Shown: positions 31,094-41,044 of the stretch, piece after piece
Numbering within the stretch: the first letter of the stretch is position 1
How the letters are laid out: every line of letters starts with the position of its first letter
Source of the DNA: Cyanidioschyzon merolae
Lineage: Eukaryota
Length of the DNA: 64,000 nucleotides
Strand: one strand, 5' to 3'
Assembly (NCBI GenBank): GCA_000091205.1
Contig: AP006497.2
Notes under the pieces: generated by a model
What the model saw: only the letters and a program-made list of their open reading frames with translations
What the model was told of the DNA's origin: nothing
Databases searched by the model: none
Position numbers and translations under genes: made by a program

Positions 31094-33643
31094 ATGCCCG
31101 TACGCGCTCGGTGCTGTTCTGCGAGAACTACCAGGCTTGGTATGACAGGAGCAACCTGGAACCAGGGCCCGTATGCAACAAGATACACACCAAGGACTAG
31201 AGATAGGCTCTCAGCACTCGGTCGCCAGCTTTTGGATGCCAGATATGGCCGCTCACGAGAGTCACACGCCACAGTTCCGACAGCTTCATCTGTAGCCGGT
31301 GGTAACTTTGAGCACAGCGCGGCGTATACTGGGCGCTTTTATGACAGAACCGGAGTGGCTGTAGAGGGTAGCGTATTGAAATCCTCAACGACGGCGAATG
31401 ACCTGGATGCGGAAGGCTTCTTGCGAGCGCACACTTCTCGAATGTCGCTCTGTAACGATGGTGCGCAGCGCTCGCTTCTCGCTGACCAGAGCTCGATGGA
31501 CACGAGCTCCCCGGTGTACCATGGTATAGCGGCCGCCAACGTAGGTGAACGAGACACAGAGCCGTTTATAAAAGAGCCGAATTTCTGGATCACAACCGGC
31601 TCCAAGCCAGCGGTCACGCGGGCGGGGCGCGGCTCCCGAGCCGCTTTGGAGCCGAGGCCGCAGCCAGTGCTGCATCGACTGCACACCACGGATAGGGTCC
31701 TGGACAGTGCTACGATCACATCGCCAGCAACCGGTAGTGACCTGTCTCCACAACGCTTCCAGAGTTCGCTCCAAGCCTGTGTTGCAGGCAGCGCACCTGC
31801 AGATACGTCGCCTCGTGCATCCGCCACGATGCCGCAGGCGATCGATGCGAACCGTCGGATGCTCTACGCAAACGCTTCCCCCGCATGGAATCGTGCGGTA
31901 CCCGAAGATAACAGCGAGAACAACGACCTCGATTCCATAGACGCAGCATCCAGTTTGGATCCTGCTTCAGAGCGAGATTTCTATGACGAGATTGCGACGG
32001 GGAGGCGTCACGACATGAGTGCTAGACTTGAGGCTCTTTCCCCCGATCGAGCGCCGAGTGTCTCGGCGTGCAGCTCAAAGAGCTCCCCGCGTTCCCCAGT
32101 GGCGTCCAAGAGCTTTGCGCAGTTGCCTGATCCAGTCGCAGGACAAGCATTCGAATGGACAGAGGCGTGCGATCCGTTCACCGATGACGGCAGTGTAGAG
32201 GATACGTCCTCGAGATTTTCCACAGGTGAAATAACCCAGAGGCTGGAGCTTTTGCAACAGTTGCAAGAGCGCCTCGAACGGATCCGTGAAGACCTGAGGC
32301 ATCAATTCGAATCAGATTCCCCGCCACGAGCGCACACTCGTGATCAAAATCAGTCGTTCGAACACGATCCGAAATGGAGGCTTATCTCAGAACATATTCG
32401 GTGTCTGCGTGAGTTGTGGCGGCACGAGTCAAACCAGGCCAGCGAACTGCGTTCGGTACTCGCAAAGCAGCAGCAACAGCAGCAGCGACAAGAGAAGCAT
32501 GCAGGCCAGTGCTCAAGATATGGAGCTGCAGGGGTACCCGCGCCAGCCCGCTCACCCCGTCTCCAAGCTAGACAATCATCACCGTTGACAAGTCGCATGT
32601 CTGCCTCTTTTGAGCGGTCTCTACTGCCCGAAAATGAAAACATGGACCCCAGTTCCAGCTGCGCCATGCAAAACTGCGAGGGCTCACATCACCAGCACCG
32701 TTTGACGGGCGGAAACTTCGCGTCGTCAGTCAACTCAAGAACACTCGTAGAGCGTGCTGCGTGCACCCACAAGTCCAAAGAGGCGGCGAAAAAGCACCTA
32801 GCCGGCGGCAAACGCGTTTGCTCGACTCGTGACGCAAAGATGCCCGTTCGCGAAGCAGGTCGAGCAGCTCGCCAAGAAAACCGAGCGCGTGCAGTGGTTG
32901 TGTCTGCTTCGTGTAACCAGAAACCCGGTGCACACAATGATGAAGTGAGCTCGCAAACGGTTTCAGCGGCAGCACCGATGCACCTTCTGGCTAACGAGGC
33001 CGCAGCGAGGCATGCACACGTGTCGAAGGGAGCCACCGACACGTCACTGAGCAAAATCCCTGCTCGACGCTGTGAGCGCTGCGCGTCACGGCTCAGTCGC
33101 ACTCGCCAAAAGTTGCGAGTTGCGGTTCACGCTTTGGTTGCAATGCTGCGGTTGACAAAGCGCGTCCATCGAAGCAAATCTTCGCCCGAGCCGAAAGCTC
33201 CAAACTTCGCCTCTCCTGGGCGGCGAGAACAAACGCCCTCGCACCGAACAAGAGCAGCGAGCGCTTGTTTGTCAGTTGCCCAGGCTGCGGAAAACGAGTA
33301 CGAGCCGACGTTTCCAAGCCACCGAGCGACACGTTTCTCTGCACCGTTATCAGCGCAGCCGACTACTCAGTTACTCGAGTCCTCGTCCGAGCAAGCCGAC
33401 CCAGTGCAGGCACGAGCCAGGCGTCGAGGCAACGAAAGCTGTGACGGTCGTAGAGCGCGGGCGCTATTCCAGGCGCCGCCTTGCGGCAGAGACCCCCGAC
33501 GTGCCGACGTTCGAACAGTCTGTGTATACCGCCAGGCACTGCGGCGGGTTCTTCGCCGACTCATAAGCCTCACCGCAAGCTCGACTGCAACTGCGTCCAG
33601 TCCCGCACAACCAGCGGAGAACGCTGTAGCATCTGAGCGTTGA
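31094..33643 (+). CDS. Hypothetical low-complexity protein (849 aa) with short coiled coil and poly-Q
   Basis: This is an uninterrupted ATG-initiated 2.55 kb ORF. It contains ITQRLELLQQLQERLERIREDL and QQQQQRQ, and has Ser/Ala/Arg-rich composition. I recognise no domain. Length is the main support. Confidence 0.4.
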   Translation: MPVRARCCSARTTRLGMTGATWNQGPYATRYTPRTRDRLSALGRQLLDARYGRSRESHATVPTASSVAGGNFEHSAAYTGRFYDRTGVAVEGSVLKSSTTANDLDAEGFLRAHTSRMSLCNDGAQRSLLADQSSMDTSSPVYHGIAAANVGERDTEPFIKEPNFWITTGSKPAVTRAGRGSRAALEPRPQPVLHRLHTTDRVLDSATITSPATGSDLSPQRFQSSLQACVAGSAPADTSPRASATMPQAIDANRRMLYANASPAWNRAVPEDNSENNDLDSIDAASSLDPASERDFYDEIATGRRHDMSARLEALSPDRAPSVSACSSKSSPRSPVASKSFAQLPDPVAGQAFEWTEACDPFTDDGSVEDTSSRFSTGEITQRLELLQQLQERLERIREDLRHQFESDSPPRAHTRDQNQSFEHDPKWRLISEHIRCLRELWRHESNQASELRSVLAKQQQQQQRQEKHAGQCSRYGAAGVPAPARSPRLQARQSSPLTSRMSASFERSLLPENENMDPSSSCAMQNCEGSHHQHRLTGGNFASSVNSRTLVERAACTHKSKEAAKKHLAGGKRVCSTRDAKMPVREAGRAARQENRARAVVVSASCNQKPGAHNDEVSSQTVSAAAPMHLLANEAAARHAHVSKGATDTSLSKIPARRCERCASRLSRTRQKLRVAVHALVAMLRLTKRVHRSKSSPEPKAPNFASPGRREQTPSHRTRAASACLSVAQAAENEYEPTFPSHRATRFSAPLSAQPTTQLLESSSEQADPVQARARRRGNESCDGRRARALFQAPPCGRDPRRADVRTVCVYRQALRRVLRRLISLTASSTATASSPAQPAENAVASER

Positions 33644-33781
33644 ACGCTGTGGTCGGTAGTCGCAGGCCTCGTTCGTTGAGATCGCCGGGTCTGTCTTCGC
33701 GGTCATCGAAGCACCGACGGACACTGATCCAGCGTTTTTCTTGTACCACACATGCCTGTGCGATAAACCAAGGCGACGCGT

Positions 33782-34540
33782 ATGTTCCGCAGTGTGCTCG
33801 TTGAAGCCGCTGTTCGAGTCGAGTCGCCGCTACTCGCTCATCGTCTCGAGGATGCGCTGTTGCACGCTTGCAAACAGCGCTTTTGCAGCCGCATTCTGCC
33901 GTCGCTGGGCGTTTGCCTCACGGCTTTGCGGATCTGTAAGCTGGTAGACGGGGCGGGAAAACAGTTGGCTTTGGAGATATGGCCTGTGGAGGTCTCCGGC
34001 GGTGGCCTACGAGCTCGAGTTCACGTGGAGCTCTTGCTGTGGAGCCCGCTTCCGCACGAGCTCGCTTTCGCTCAGGTCCGTTCCTGTAGCCGGTTTGGGA
34101 TACGTTTATCCATATTGAACGGATTCGATTATGCGTTCGTACCACCGGGGAGCATGCCGGAGCCATGCACCTATCACGAGGAGCAACGTTGTTGGAGCTG
34201 GCGTTTCAACGAGGACGATTTTGTCATCGGTGAGGGTGACTGGGTTCGTGTTCTCATTGAGCGTGTGGAGTATGCCACGGACAGCGCAATGGCCACTTTC
34301 GACAGTCCGGGTACTGTCGGTAGCGGTCCGCCGCTGCATATTCTGCCGCCGCCTGTACCCGTAGGAAGAACTGTTATGGAAACGGATCAAGCGAACGCAA
34401 CACCCGGAGCGCATCCCGAACATGCACCGCCGCTGGAAACGGAACCGCCAGAATTCTGGGAAACGCCCAGCATTCTACCACTGCGTGTTTGGGCACGCTT
34501 GGACGCACCCGGTCTGGGACCGATCGACTGGTGGTCGTAG
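33782..34540 (+). CDS. RPB7-fold RNA polymerase subunit-like protein (RPC25/RPA43 family candidate)
   Basis: The N-terminus MFRSVLVEAAVRVESPLL... is followed by GVCLTALRI..., VHVELLLWSPLPHELAFAQV, GFDYAFVPPGSMPEP and CWSWRFNEDDFVIGEGDWVRVLIERVEY. This resembles the Rpb7/Rpc25 SHS2 + OB layout. The call rests on pattern memory only. Confidence 0.4.
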   Translation: MFRSVLVEAAVRVESPLLAHRLEDALLHACKQRFCSRILPSLGVCLTALRICKLVDGAGKQLALEIWPVEVSGGGLRARVHVELLLWSPLPHELAFAQVRSCSRFGIRLSILNGFDYAFVPPGSMPEPCTYHEEQRCWSWRFNEDDFVIGEGDWVRVLIERVEYATDSAMATFDSPGTVGSGPPLHILPPPVPVGRTVMETDQANATPGAHPEHAPPLETEPPEFWETPSILPLRVWARLDAPGLGPIDWWS

Positions 34541-35429
34541 AGTGCGCTGCGTCAAGCACCGAGGACACGAGCTCGTTACCCGACTCAACCGGTTGCAAAC
34601 GGTACCCTTGGACGCTCGACGAGGGCGATGGCGAGGTGTGCGCCTCCGTGTACCGCCCGCAAGTTCATGGAGCACAGCTGCAACGGGTCAAGTTTCGGTA
34701 TCACGTTGCTGGAACAGAAGCTCGTTTCACGCGCGTCAGGCGTGCGTATGTGCATGCTCGGGTATCGTATCTGGGAAGAGCAGGAGGAGGCGCGGCGGCT
34801 CACCCGGACTTGTTGTTGGGGCCGGTTTGCGGCTGCGTTTGCTGTCCGTAGCATCGACGCGCGGGCTGTTGACGAAGGCATACAATGTTGCTGATCGAAT
34901 GCGCGCATGCGGTGGTGACTTTCAATGCAACAGCAGCAGCAGCAGCAGCAGCGAGCGGTAGCCAGCATCGGGAACCTCCATCAAACAGGATCACGATGTC
35001 TCTGAAGCGCACGCTGCTAAGGCGCCTCGATGAGCGCATTAGGAACGTGTGTGAGTGCATGTGGTGGCGATGGTGGTGGCGGTGTGTAGGTACACGGCGT
35101 CGCGTGTTTTCCTACACATCCGGTGCGAGTGTGCGCTTGCGCACAAGGACCACGAGCGCTGTTGCAAGGCACATTCTAGTCGATTGAAAATGGGACACGA
35201 AACGACGCGCTCTGATTCTGTGTTGAGATGTTGTCAGAGCTAGTGTTTCATTGGACAGCCTGGACATCAGAAATGTAGCGTGCTTGGATTACGGATGCTT
35301 AGATTTTTTTAGGATTGTCGATCGTGGTTTCGGAGTGGCTCCTGCGACGCCATGCCGCTGGTTTTCGTGATGCCGCTACGATCCGCATGATTCGTGACGC
35401 TTTTGCGGACGATTCCGGAAATAAATGAT

Positions 35430-37062
35430 ACCATGATTCCAGTTCACATGCACAAGCTTCTATGCTCCTCCGTTCCTTGCATATAGCATGCTTGGATCAT
35501 GCATTGTTTACGTTTTTGATCTCTCCGTTTCAACGCAACTCGCGCCGCTGAATCGACGACGAAAAGAGCTCGACGAAACCCCGTGAAGACCGCGTCACAA
35601 GATCGTACCACAAATTCACTAAACTTTTCATTCCAAATAATAAGTTCAATTCAAAAGATAAATCCTCCTCTAATTGCGGTCATCAACGAAGCTGCATTCG
35701 ACAACAGCGGCGGCATGATGCCTGTCACAGGAGGTGCTCCCCGAGGCTTCCGCTTTCTCTGTGAGGAAAATGGTAATGGACCCGGCCATGGGTCATCACA
35801 GGGATCGCTACTGATAGAGCGCGCGTCGACATATAAAGCGCGAAGCGAGCGTAGACGGATCGAAAGTTTTGGAGTTGATCTCCAGCCTGGGTTGCCGTCT
35901 TGGTGCCTGATTCATCATGGACGGTAACATCGCGTCCCAAACAGCCTCGATCTTGGAAAGCAGCGTGCGCTTGCACGACCAGCGGACAGGGTACTCACCG
36001 AGGATCTCGCGCAGAGGAAACCCGTAATCGTCGGGTACAGCACAACGCGCTGCATCAAAGGGAGGCATCTTGCAGCGCCCTGCGTACCGGTCAAGCGGTT
36101 GTACTGAGCGGTGAAGCGAGCGCTGACGAGCGATAAGCGGCGGTTCCTCAGCAGCAGCAGCAGCGATACTGACTTTTTCGATGACAAAACGTTTACATGG
36201 GCTATGGATCTCAGATTGCGGGATGGATATCGGTAATTGAACATGCGCCCATCATGAAGCATCTACATGAAAGATCCATCACCTGTACTTGCTCTCGGAT
36301 ATACTGGTCGTTTCGTGCGTTCTAGCGTGTGCCGAGTGCCTGTTTGGAGCACCCGCCATGCGCTTAGACCGGTGGGGCTGATGCATCACAGCGGCAAAAC
36401 AGCTTTGCCCTGCCAGCGAGGGCGTCGACTCGAGGTGTGATTCACTATTCACAGGATCGGAATTGGTGATCATTTTGGGAGCCTGCAAGCTGCGCAGACA
36501 GACGTACTTTATGCAGCGGCGCCAAGCGATATTCGAGAAGTCCACGACGACCAGGGCGACGCCTAGACGCAGGCTATGCGCTCCTAGTCCCAGAATAAAC
36601 TGCGATGCGGACGAGCTGCTCAGGTCTCACGAAACCACCTGCAACTGGGGCGAGCACGAAGCGCGAGCCCGAGACACTCGTCCGGCTCTCAGGACCTTCC
36701 GCCTAGAGGATAAACTTTAGACAGTACGGAAACCTCTCCCGCTTTTAACTTTATATCGTTGCTAGTTAGGAGTGAGCCTCCGTTCTTTGTTCCGTATTGC
36801 GCGCTCGACACGCCCACCTCCATACTTGGCTGGCTGGCATGAAACACGACGTGCATCTCGCCGATGAAGAGAAACGCGATCGCGATCATTCGTTGACTTG
36901 GTGCTCTAACAGACAAGTTGCGTTTGCGCAAAAGTCCTAGAAAAGTATAGTTTTCATTTCAATCGCGTTTCAACCCTCAGTTTAGTGTACGCAGGTGATT
37001 TTTCGCGGTTTACACCAGAAGCGTTCAAAATGGGTTCATGTTCAAGAAAATATAGGAAAGTG
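35430..37062 (+). repeat. 'V' upstream module attached to copy D (longest version in the window)
   Basis: 35430-36340 aligns with 63110-64000 in the same orientation and with 59950-60670 in the opposite orientation. 36290-37062 aligns with the reverse complement of 10920-11650. It contains an ORF-like block on the minus strand (35808-36068) that is conserved in the other copies. Confidence 0.6.
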
Positions 37063-39341
37063 ATGCACGTGCAAGTCGGGGATCCTGAAGGGCCCTTGCC
37101 GCCGGCTGGCGGAAAAAAACGAAAAACTTTGCCAATGGAATAGGAACAAAACAGAACGAAGAAGCAAAAGGGCGAGGCCCGACGTCAAAAGCTGCGCGAA
37201 AGACGACTATGCGACGAGACGCTGGCGAAAGCCTGTCTTGGTAACCATATCAAGGATTCGGACGAGCAAACATGCAACAAGTCATCCGAGACCGTGTCGA
37301 GTCGTACTCCATGAGTATTGTAAAGGATTCTTCAGGACTAATGCACTTGACGAAGGAGATGAATCGCGGCGTGACGGGCATCAAAACAGTCGAGGTTCCG
37401 GGAGAATTTTTCAACATCATCGTTATGCATCACCTGATGCTCGGCACAGGGGAAACGTCGAGGAGAAAGGAGCGAATGCATGCCCTCCACAAAATTACCC
37501 CGAATACCCTTTTCATCGGTACTCGATACCGGCGTGACTCGGATATTTACACGTACGGGGCGAAAAAGTACCTCACGAACCTAAAGAACCATATGAACAT
37601 GAACCTCACACGTTTCATGATACGTTCCGTCTTTGCGCTGGACCCGTGCCTCTTTCGCAAAGCGATAGACGGGTCACCATCAATGGCATCTCGAACGATA
37701 GTAAGAACGAACAGGAGATCGAACTCGTCGACAAGAAGACCTCGCACAGGAGCATGAATGAGGCTTCTGTCATCCGCGCGGCTATTCAAGAGCACCGTGC
37801 ACTCTTGGGGCTCGTTGACCCAGCAGAACAGGTATCAGAGGTGGAAAAAGATGGAAAAAGAAAGATGTTACCCACACGTCCTGCGCTATTTCGTGTATTT
37901 GGACCAAGAACTCGAACGCAAGGCTGGGATGGAGCAGGGTGTGGGGAAAAATGCAGAGTCGGTAGAACGGAAGGCTGCGCTTGCGGGTACGCGCTTCGAA
38001 GTCGTTCGGTTATGCGAGATCAAGTCGCACTTTGTGACAATCGACTCCAGAGTCCTTTACGGAATACTGAAGGAGATAAGTTCGGGGCTCGATGTACGCA
38101 ACAAGGAGTTCACCGGTGAAAATCGGGACACGTACTGGACGCATGTCTTCGACGGCAAGCGTCTCAATACGAGCCAGAAAAGGTATTCAGAGGTGTCATC
38201 GAAACTGAATGAGTAGCCATGTGTGTACACGATCGGCGCTTGAAGGCAGATCGTCATATCGTGCCTTCGGCTTCGCCCGTGACGAAGCATGAAGATGAGA
38301 AGCAGGCGGATCCCGCGACGCAGGAGGTTCAGGATACTGGCTTTGGCGGCGGCGCGGACCCTGCGATAACGAAGATCATAACGATCGCAGCACCGAAGCG
38401 TGCGGGAGATGGTGCTGATGGTAACCTGCGTCAGATAGACATGCGTCTCTTGAGGTTCTCGAGACCGAGATACTACCGAGAATCCGGTACAATGAATGCG
38501 AGGAAGAAAATCGAGACATGGAATGCAGGAGTCAAGGATCAGCTGGAAGCTATGAGCAAGGTGACGATCCGACATGCGGACTTTCAAGATCTGCCAGAGT
38601 TCATGGACACTCAAGCTGCTCATGTCGAGGAGCTGCGGAAAGAGTATCGAAAACAAAGGTGCGCTCGTCAGCGTTTGAATCTGTACAGAGAGAACCAGCG
38701 TGCATACGCCAACGATTTCAATCCGTTGAGCGCCTTGAAGGAGGACGAGCGTCAGAGGCTGGTAGAAGCGTATGGGGCAGGGCGCTAGCTGGCCCGAAAA
38801 GGGACTACGCCAGCTCCAACGACAAGAACACTCAAAGAGTGTACACGGCGTTTTGTTACGATACCAATAGGTGAGTTCCGAACATCGTATACACACCATG
38901 AAGTGAGGTGCGTACTTCAGAGGGTCGAGATGGAAACGTGCCAGCGGAGCCAAGAGGATATAAAAAAGTACAGACCGCTGACGGAGGAGCAAATGGGAAG
39001 GAGGGCAAAAGTTCGCGGACTCCTTGCATTCGTGAGTACAACCAGTGATGGCAAGAAACGCATGGAGTTTGTGAACCGAGACTTTAACGCCGCAATCAAC
39101 ATCAGAAGATGTGCGCAGCTGGAGAAAAGACCTCCAGAGTTGACACGAGAGAGAATTTTGTCAGACGACCTCTCAAGGTCGAAGTATACAAGAAAAAGTT
39201 GAAACCAGTAGCAGGTGGCCGGTCCGAAGAAAACTGGGACGCGTCTGCACCTCAGTTCGGGACGTCTTGTCAAGGGCGCTGTCGTCGCCACGTCTGTATA
39301 CTGGCGGCGGCGACGTTTGTTTTTCGAGAAGCGTTCGCTGG
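37063..39341 (+). pseudogene. TnpB/Fanzor-like nuclease relic, copy D (near-identical core to copy C)
   Basis: The pieces are 37272-37757, 37646-38119/37758-38216, 38219-38788 (GGGADPAITKIITIAAP) and 38903-39202 (MEFVNRDFNAAINIRRCA). It shares with copy C the TAG at 38786-38788 and the +2 bp shift near 39150. It also has an in-frame TAG after MHVQVGDPEGPLPPAGGKKRKTLPME. The 3' tail 39225-39341 is diverged from C and closer to A. Confidence 0.75.
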
Positions 39342-39388
39342 TATCAGCCGTGGTCGCGCGTGTTTATTCGGTCTTCGACAGGCGCGAC

Positions 39389-40345
39389 ATGTTCCTAACC
39401 CCAGTTGGCACGTCCTGCACTGGAACGCTTCGACGTCCGATAATTGGGAGGCAGCGTTTACAAACCGCCAAGCTCGGGCGTCTGGTGGCTCGCACCGCGG
39501 TCCCCGACTCCCTTGAAGTTGCGGTAGCGCAGGCGCAGGAGGCTACTCGGCGTGCCCTGGCAAACTCCTTGCGTCAGCTGCGACTCGAACTCGATACGTC
39601 TCTCGGGGACGAGACCTACTCTCGATTGAAGCAAACGTTGCCGTTCTTGCGGCTGCTTTGTTTGGCCCTGCTTCAAAGTGACGAGTCGTTGAGGTCGAGT
39701 CTACGAGTCCTTCTTCCAGACGAGGGTGCGGCGGCAGCTCTGCGTAACGACTGGAAGTCCGAAGATCAACTATCTTCAGTTCCGGTATTTTCAATAGAGA
39801 GTAGAGTGCGGCGACGTGAGCTGGTCGCCGAAGCACGTGAACATACCGTGACCTGTCTGGCGGTGACGCCGCGCGCTACCGAAGTCGACGCGCTCCAGGA
39901 ACTGGCTCGTGCTGCGAACGAGCACGATTCACTGCGTTTGATTGTACTCAATCCAGAGTTGATCGATATGGGTGCAACTGGGCTGGGACTCGCAGCGCGT
40001 CGCCTGCGCGATCGCCTCCTGAACGGTCTCGAGCCTGTCTATTATCTGCGCACAGCGCCGTGGGGTCTCGTGCTACGTGTTTATCCCGACGCGTGGAGCG
40101 TCTGGATTGATCGTGAGCGGTACCTGGCCGTGAAAGGAGAGCATGAAGCAGAAAATGCTGCCAATGACGACGACGCCTTCGTTTGCATTGCAGACGACTG
40201 GCAGGAGCAGCCCACTGGTGATGCGCTCGCAGACCTGGTGGAGTCATTCATGAATCCAGAGCAGGCGTTAAGTGGTCCGTTGGCAGGGCTTATGCAGTCG
40301 TGGCGGAGTCTACAACGTTTTCTTCGGGCGCTTCGCCAAACTTAG
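39389..40345 (+). CDS. DUF1995-like protein (probable plastid protein)
   Basis: ORF 39215-40345 starts on GTG inside the element tail; I place the start at the in-frame ATG 39389 (MFLTPVG...). The layout resembles DUF1995: AVAQAQEATRRALANSLRQLRLELD..., VLLPDEGAAAALRNDW, LIVLNPELIDMGATGLGLAARRLRD, YYLRTAPWGLVLRVYPDAWSVW. Confidence 0.5.
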   Translation: MFLTPVGTSCTGTLRRPIIGRQRLQTAKLGRLVARTAVPDSLEVAVAQAQEATRRALANSLRQLRLELDTSLGDETYSRLKQTLPFLRLLCLALLQSDESLRSSLRVLLPDEGAAAALRNDWKSEDQLSSVPVFSIESRVRRRELVAEAREHTVTCLAVTPRATEVDALQELARAANEHDSLRLIVLNPELIDMGATGLGLAARRLRDRLLNGLEPVYYLRTAPWGLVLRVYPDAWSVWIDRERYLAVKGEHEAENAANDDDAFVCIADDWQEQPTGDALADLVESFMNPEQALSGPLAGLMQSWRSLQRFLRALRQT

Positions 40346-41044
40346 TATAGTGGAGTGCCGTAAAGGCTTCCCTTGAAGAGCGCGCGTTCGCGAGCCCCGA
40401 ATGTGCTCTTGGTATCGGCAATGAGCGGTGGTCGATCACTGCACGTACCGCAAGTGCGAGTAGATGCAAGCCAAGGCATTACGGAATCGGAGACGGAATG
40501 CTCCTTGTAGACGCAAGCCCCGAGCACACGCTCAGGCGTGCTCTGTCGTCGAAATGGACAGCGCAAAGCACATCCACTCGCGGTTCGCAGCGACGAGAAG
40601 CGCGATCACCGGTGTGATGCGACTTCGGGCTAGGTTTCTGTGATTTGCTCGTTTTAGAGGCAAGACGGGTACGCTCGTTCGATATCAGTACCAGAGGCGT
40701 CGGTGTCCGCTTGTCATCGTGTCTTTGATTATCGCCGAGGCCCCGCGTTCATCGCTCGCTCAAGCAGTCTCACTGAATGGGATACATACGAGCATACCCG
40801 CTCATTTGAGCAGGCCGCATCAAACTGCCACGGATGTCGCTAGCATGCTCTCTGGTTCAGGCCTGATGAAAGCCAGCTTCCAGAAGGTACGTTCCTTCAG
40901 GAAATTCTCGTTCACGAGGCGCGCGCGTGCATACTCCCGCTTCCCCGAGCAGCAATGCCCCGGGAAGCTGCGGCTACGAACGCGGTGCGCACGCTACGGA
41001 AACACTCAACCATTCGACGCAAGCGGTTCAGCGCTACCAAACAC

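Noticed and set aside
38057-38992. A 311-aa ORF antisense to the nuclease gene in copy D.
   Set aside because: The equivalent region of the near-identical copy C is split into two ORFs (17324-17557 and 17756-18259). No motif is recognisable, and it mirrors the sense frame. It is most likely an antisense shadow ORF.
39215-39388. The GTG-initiated N-terminal 58 aa of ORF 39215-40345 would fuse element tail sequence to the host DUF1995-like protein.
   Set aside because: This part is the diverged 3' tail of copy D read in an arbitrary frame. An in-frame ATG at 39389 gives a plausible organelle-type N-terminus. I kept the shorter model, but RNA data should decide.
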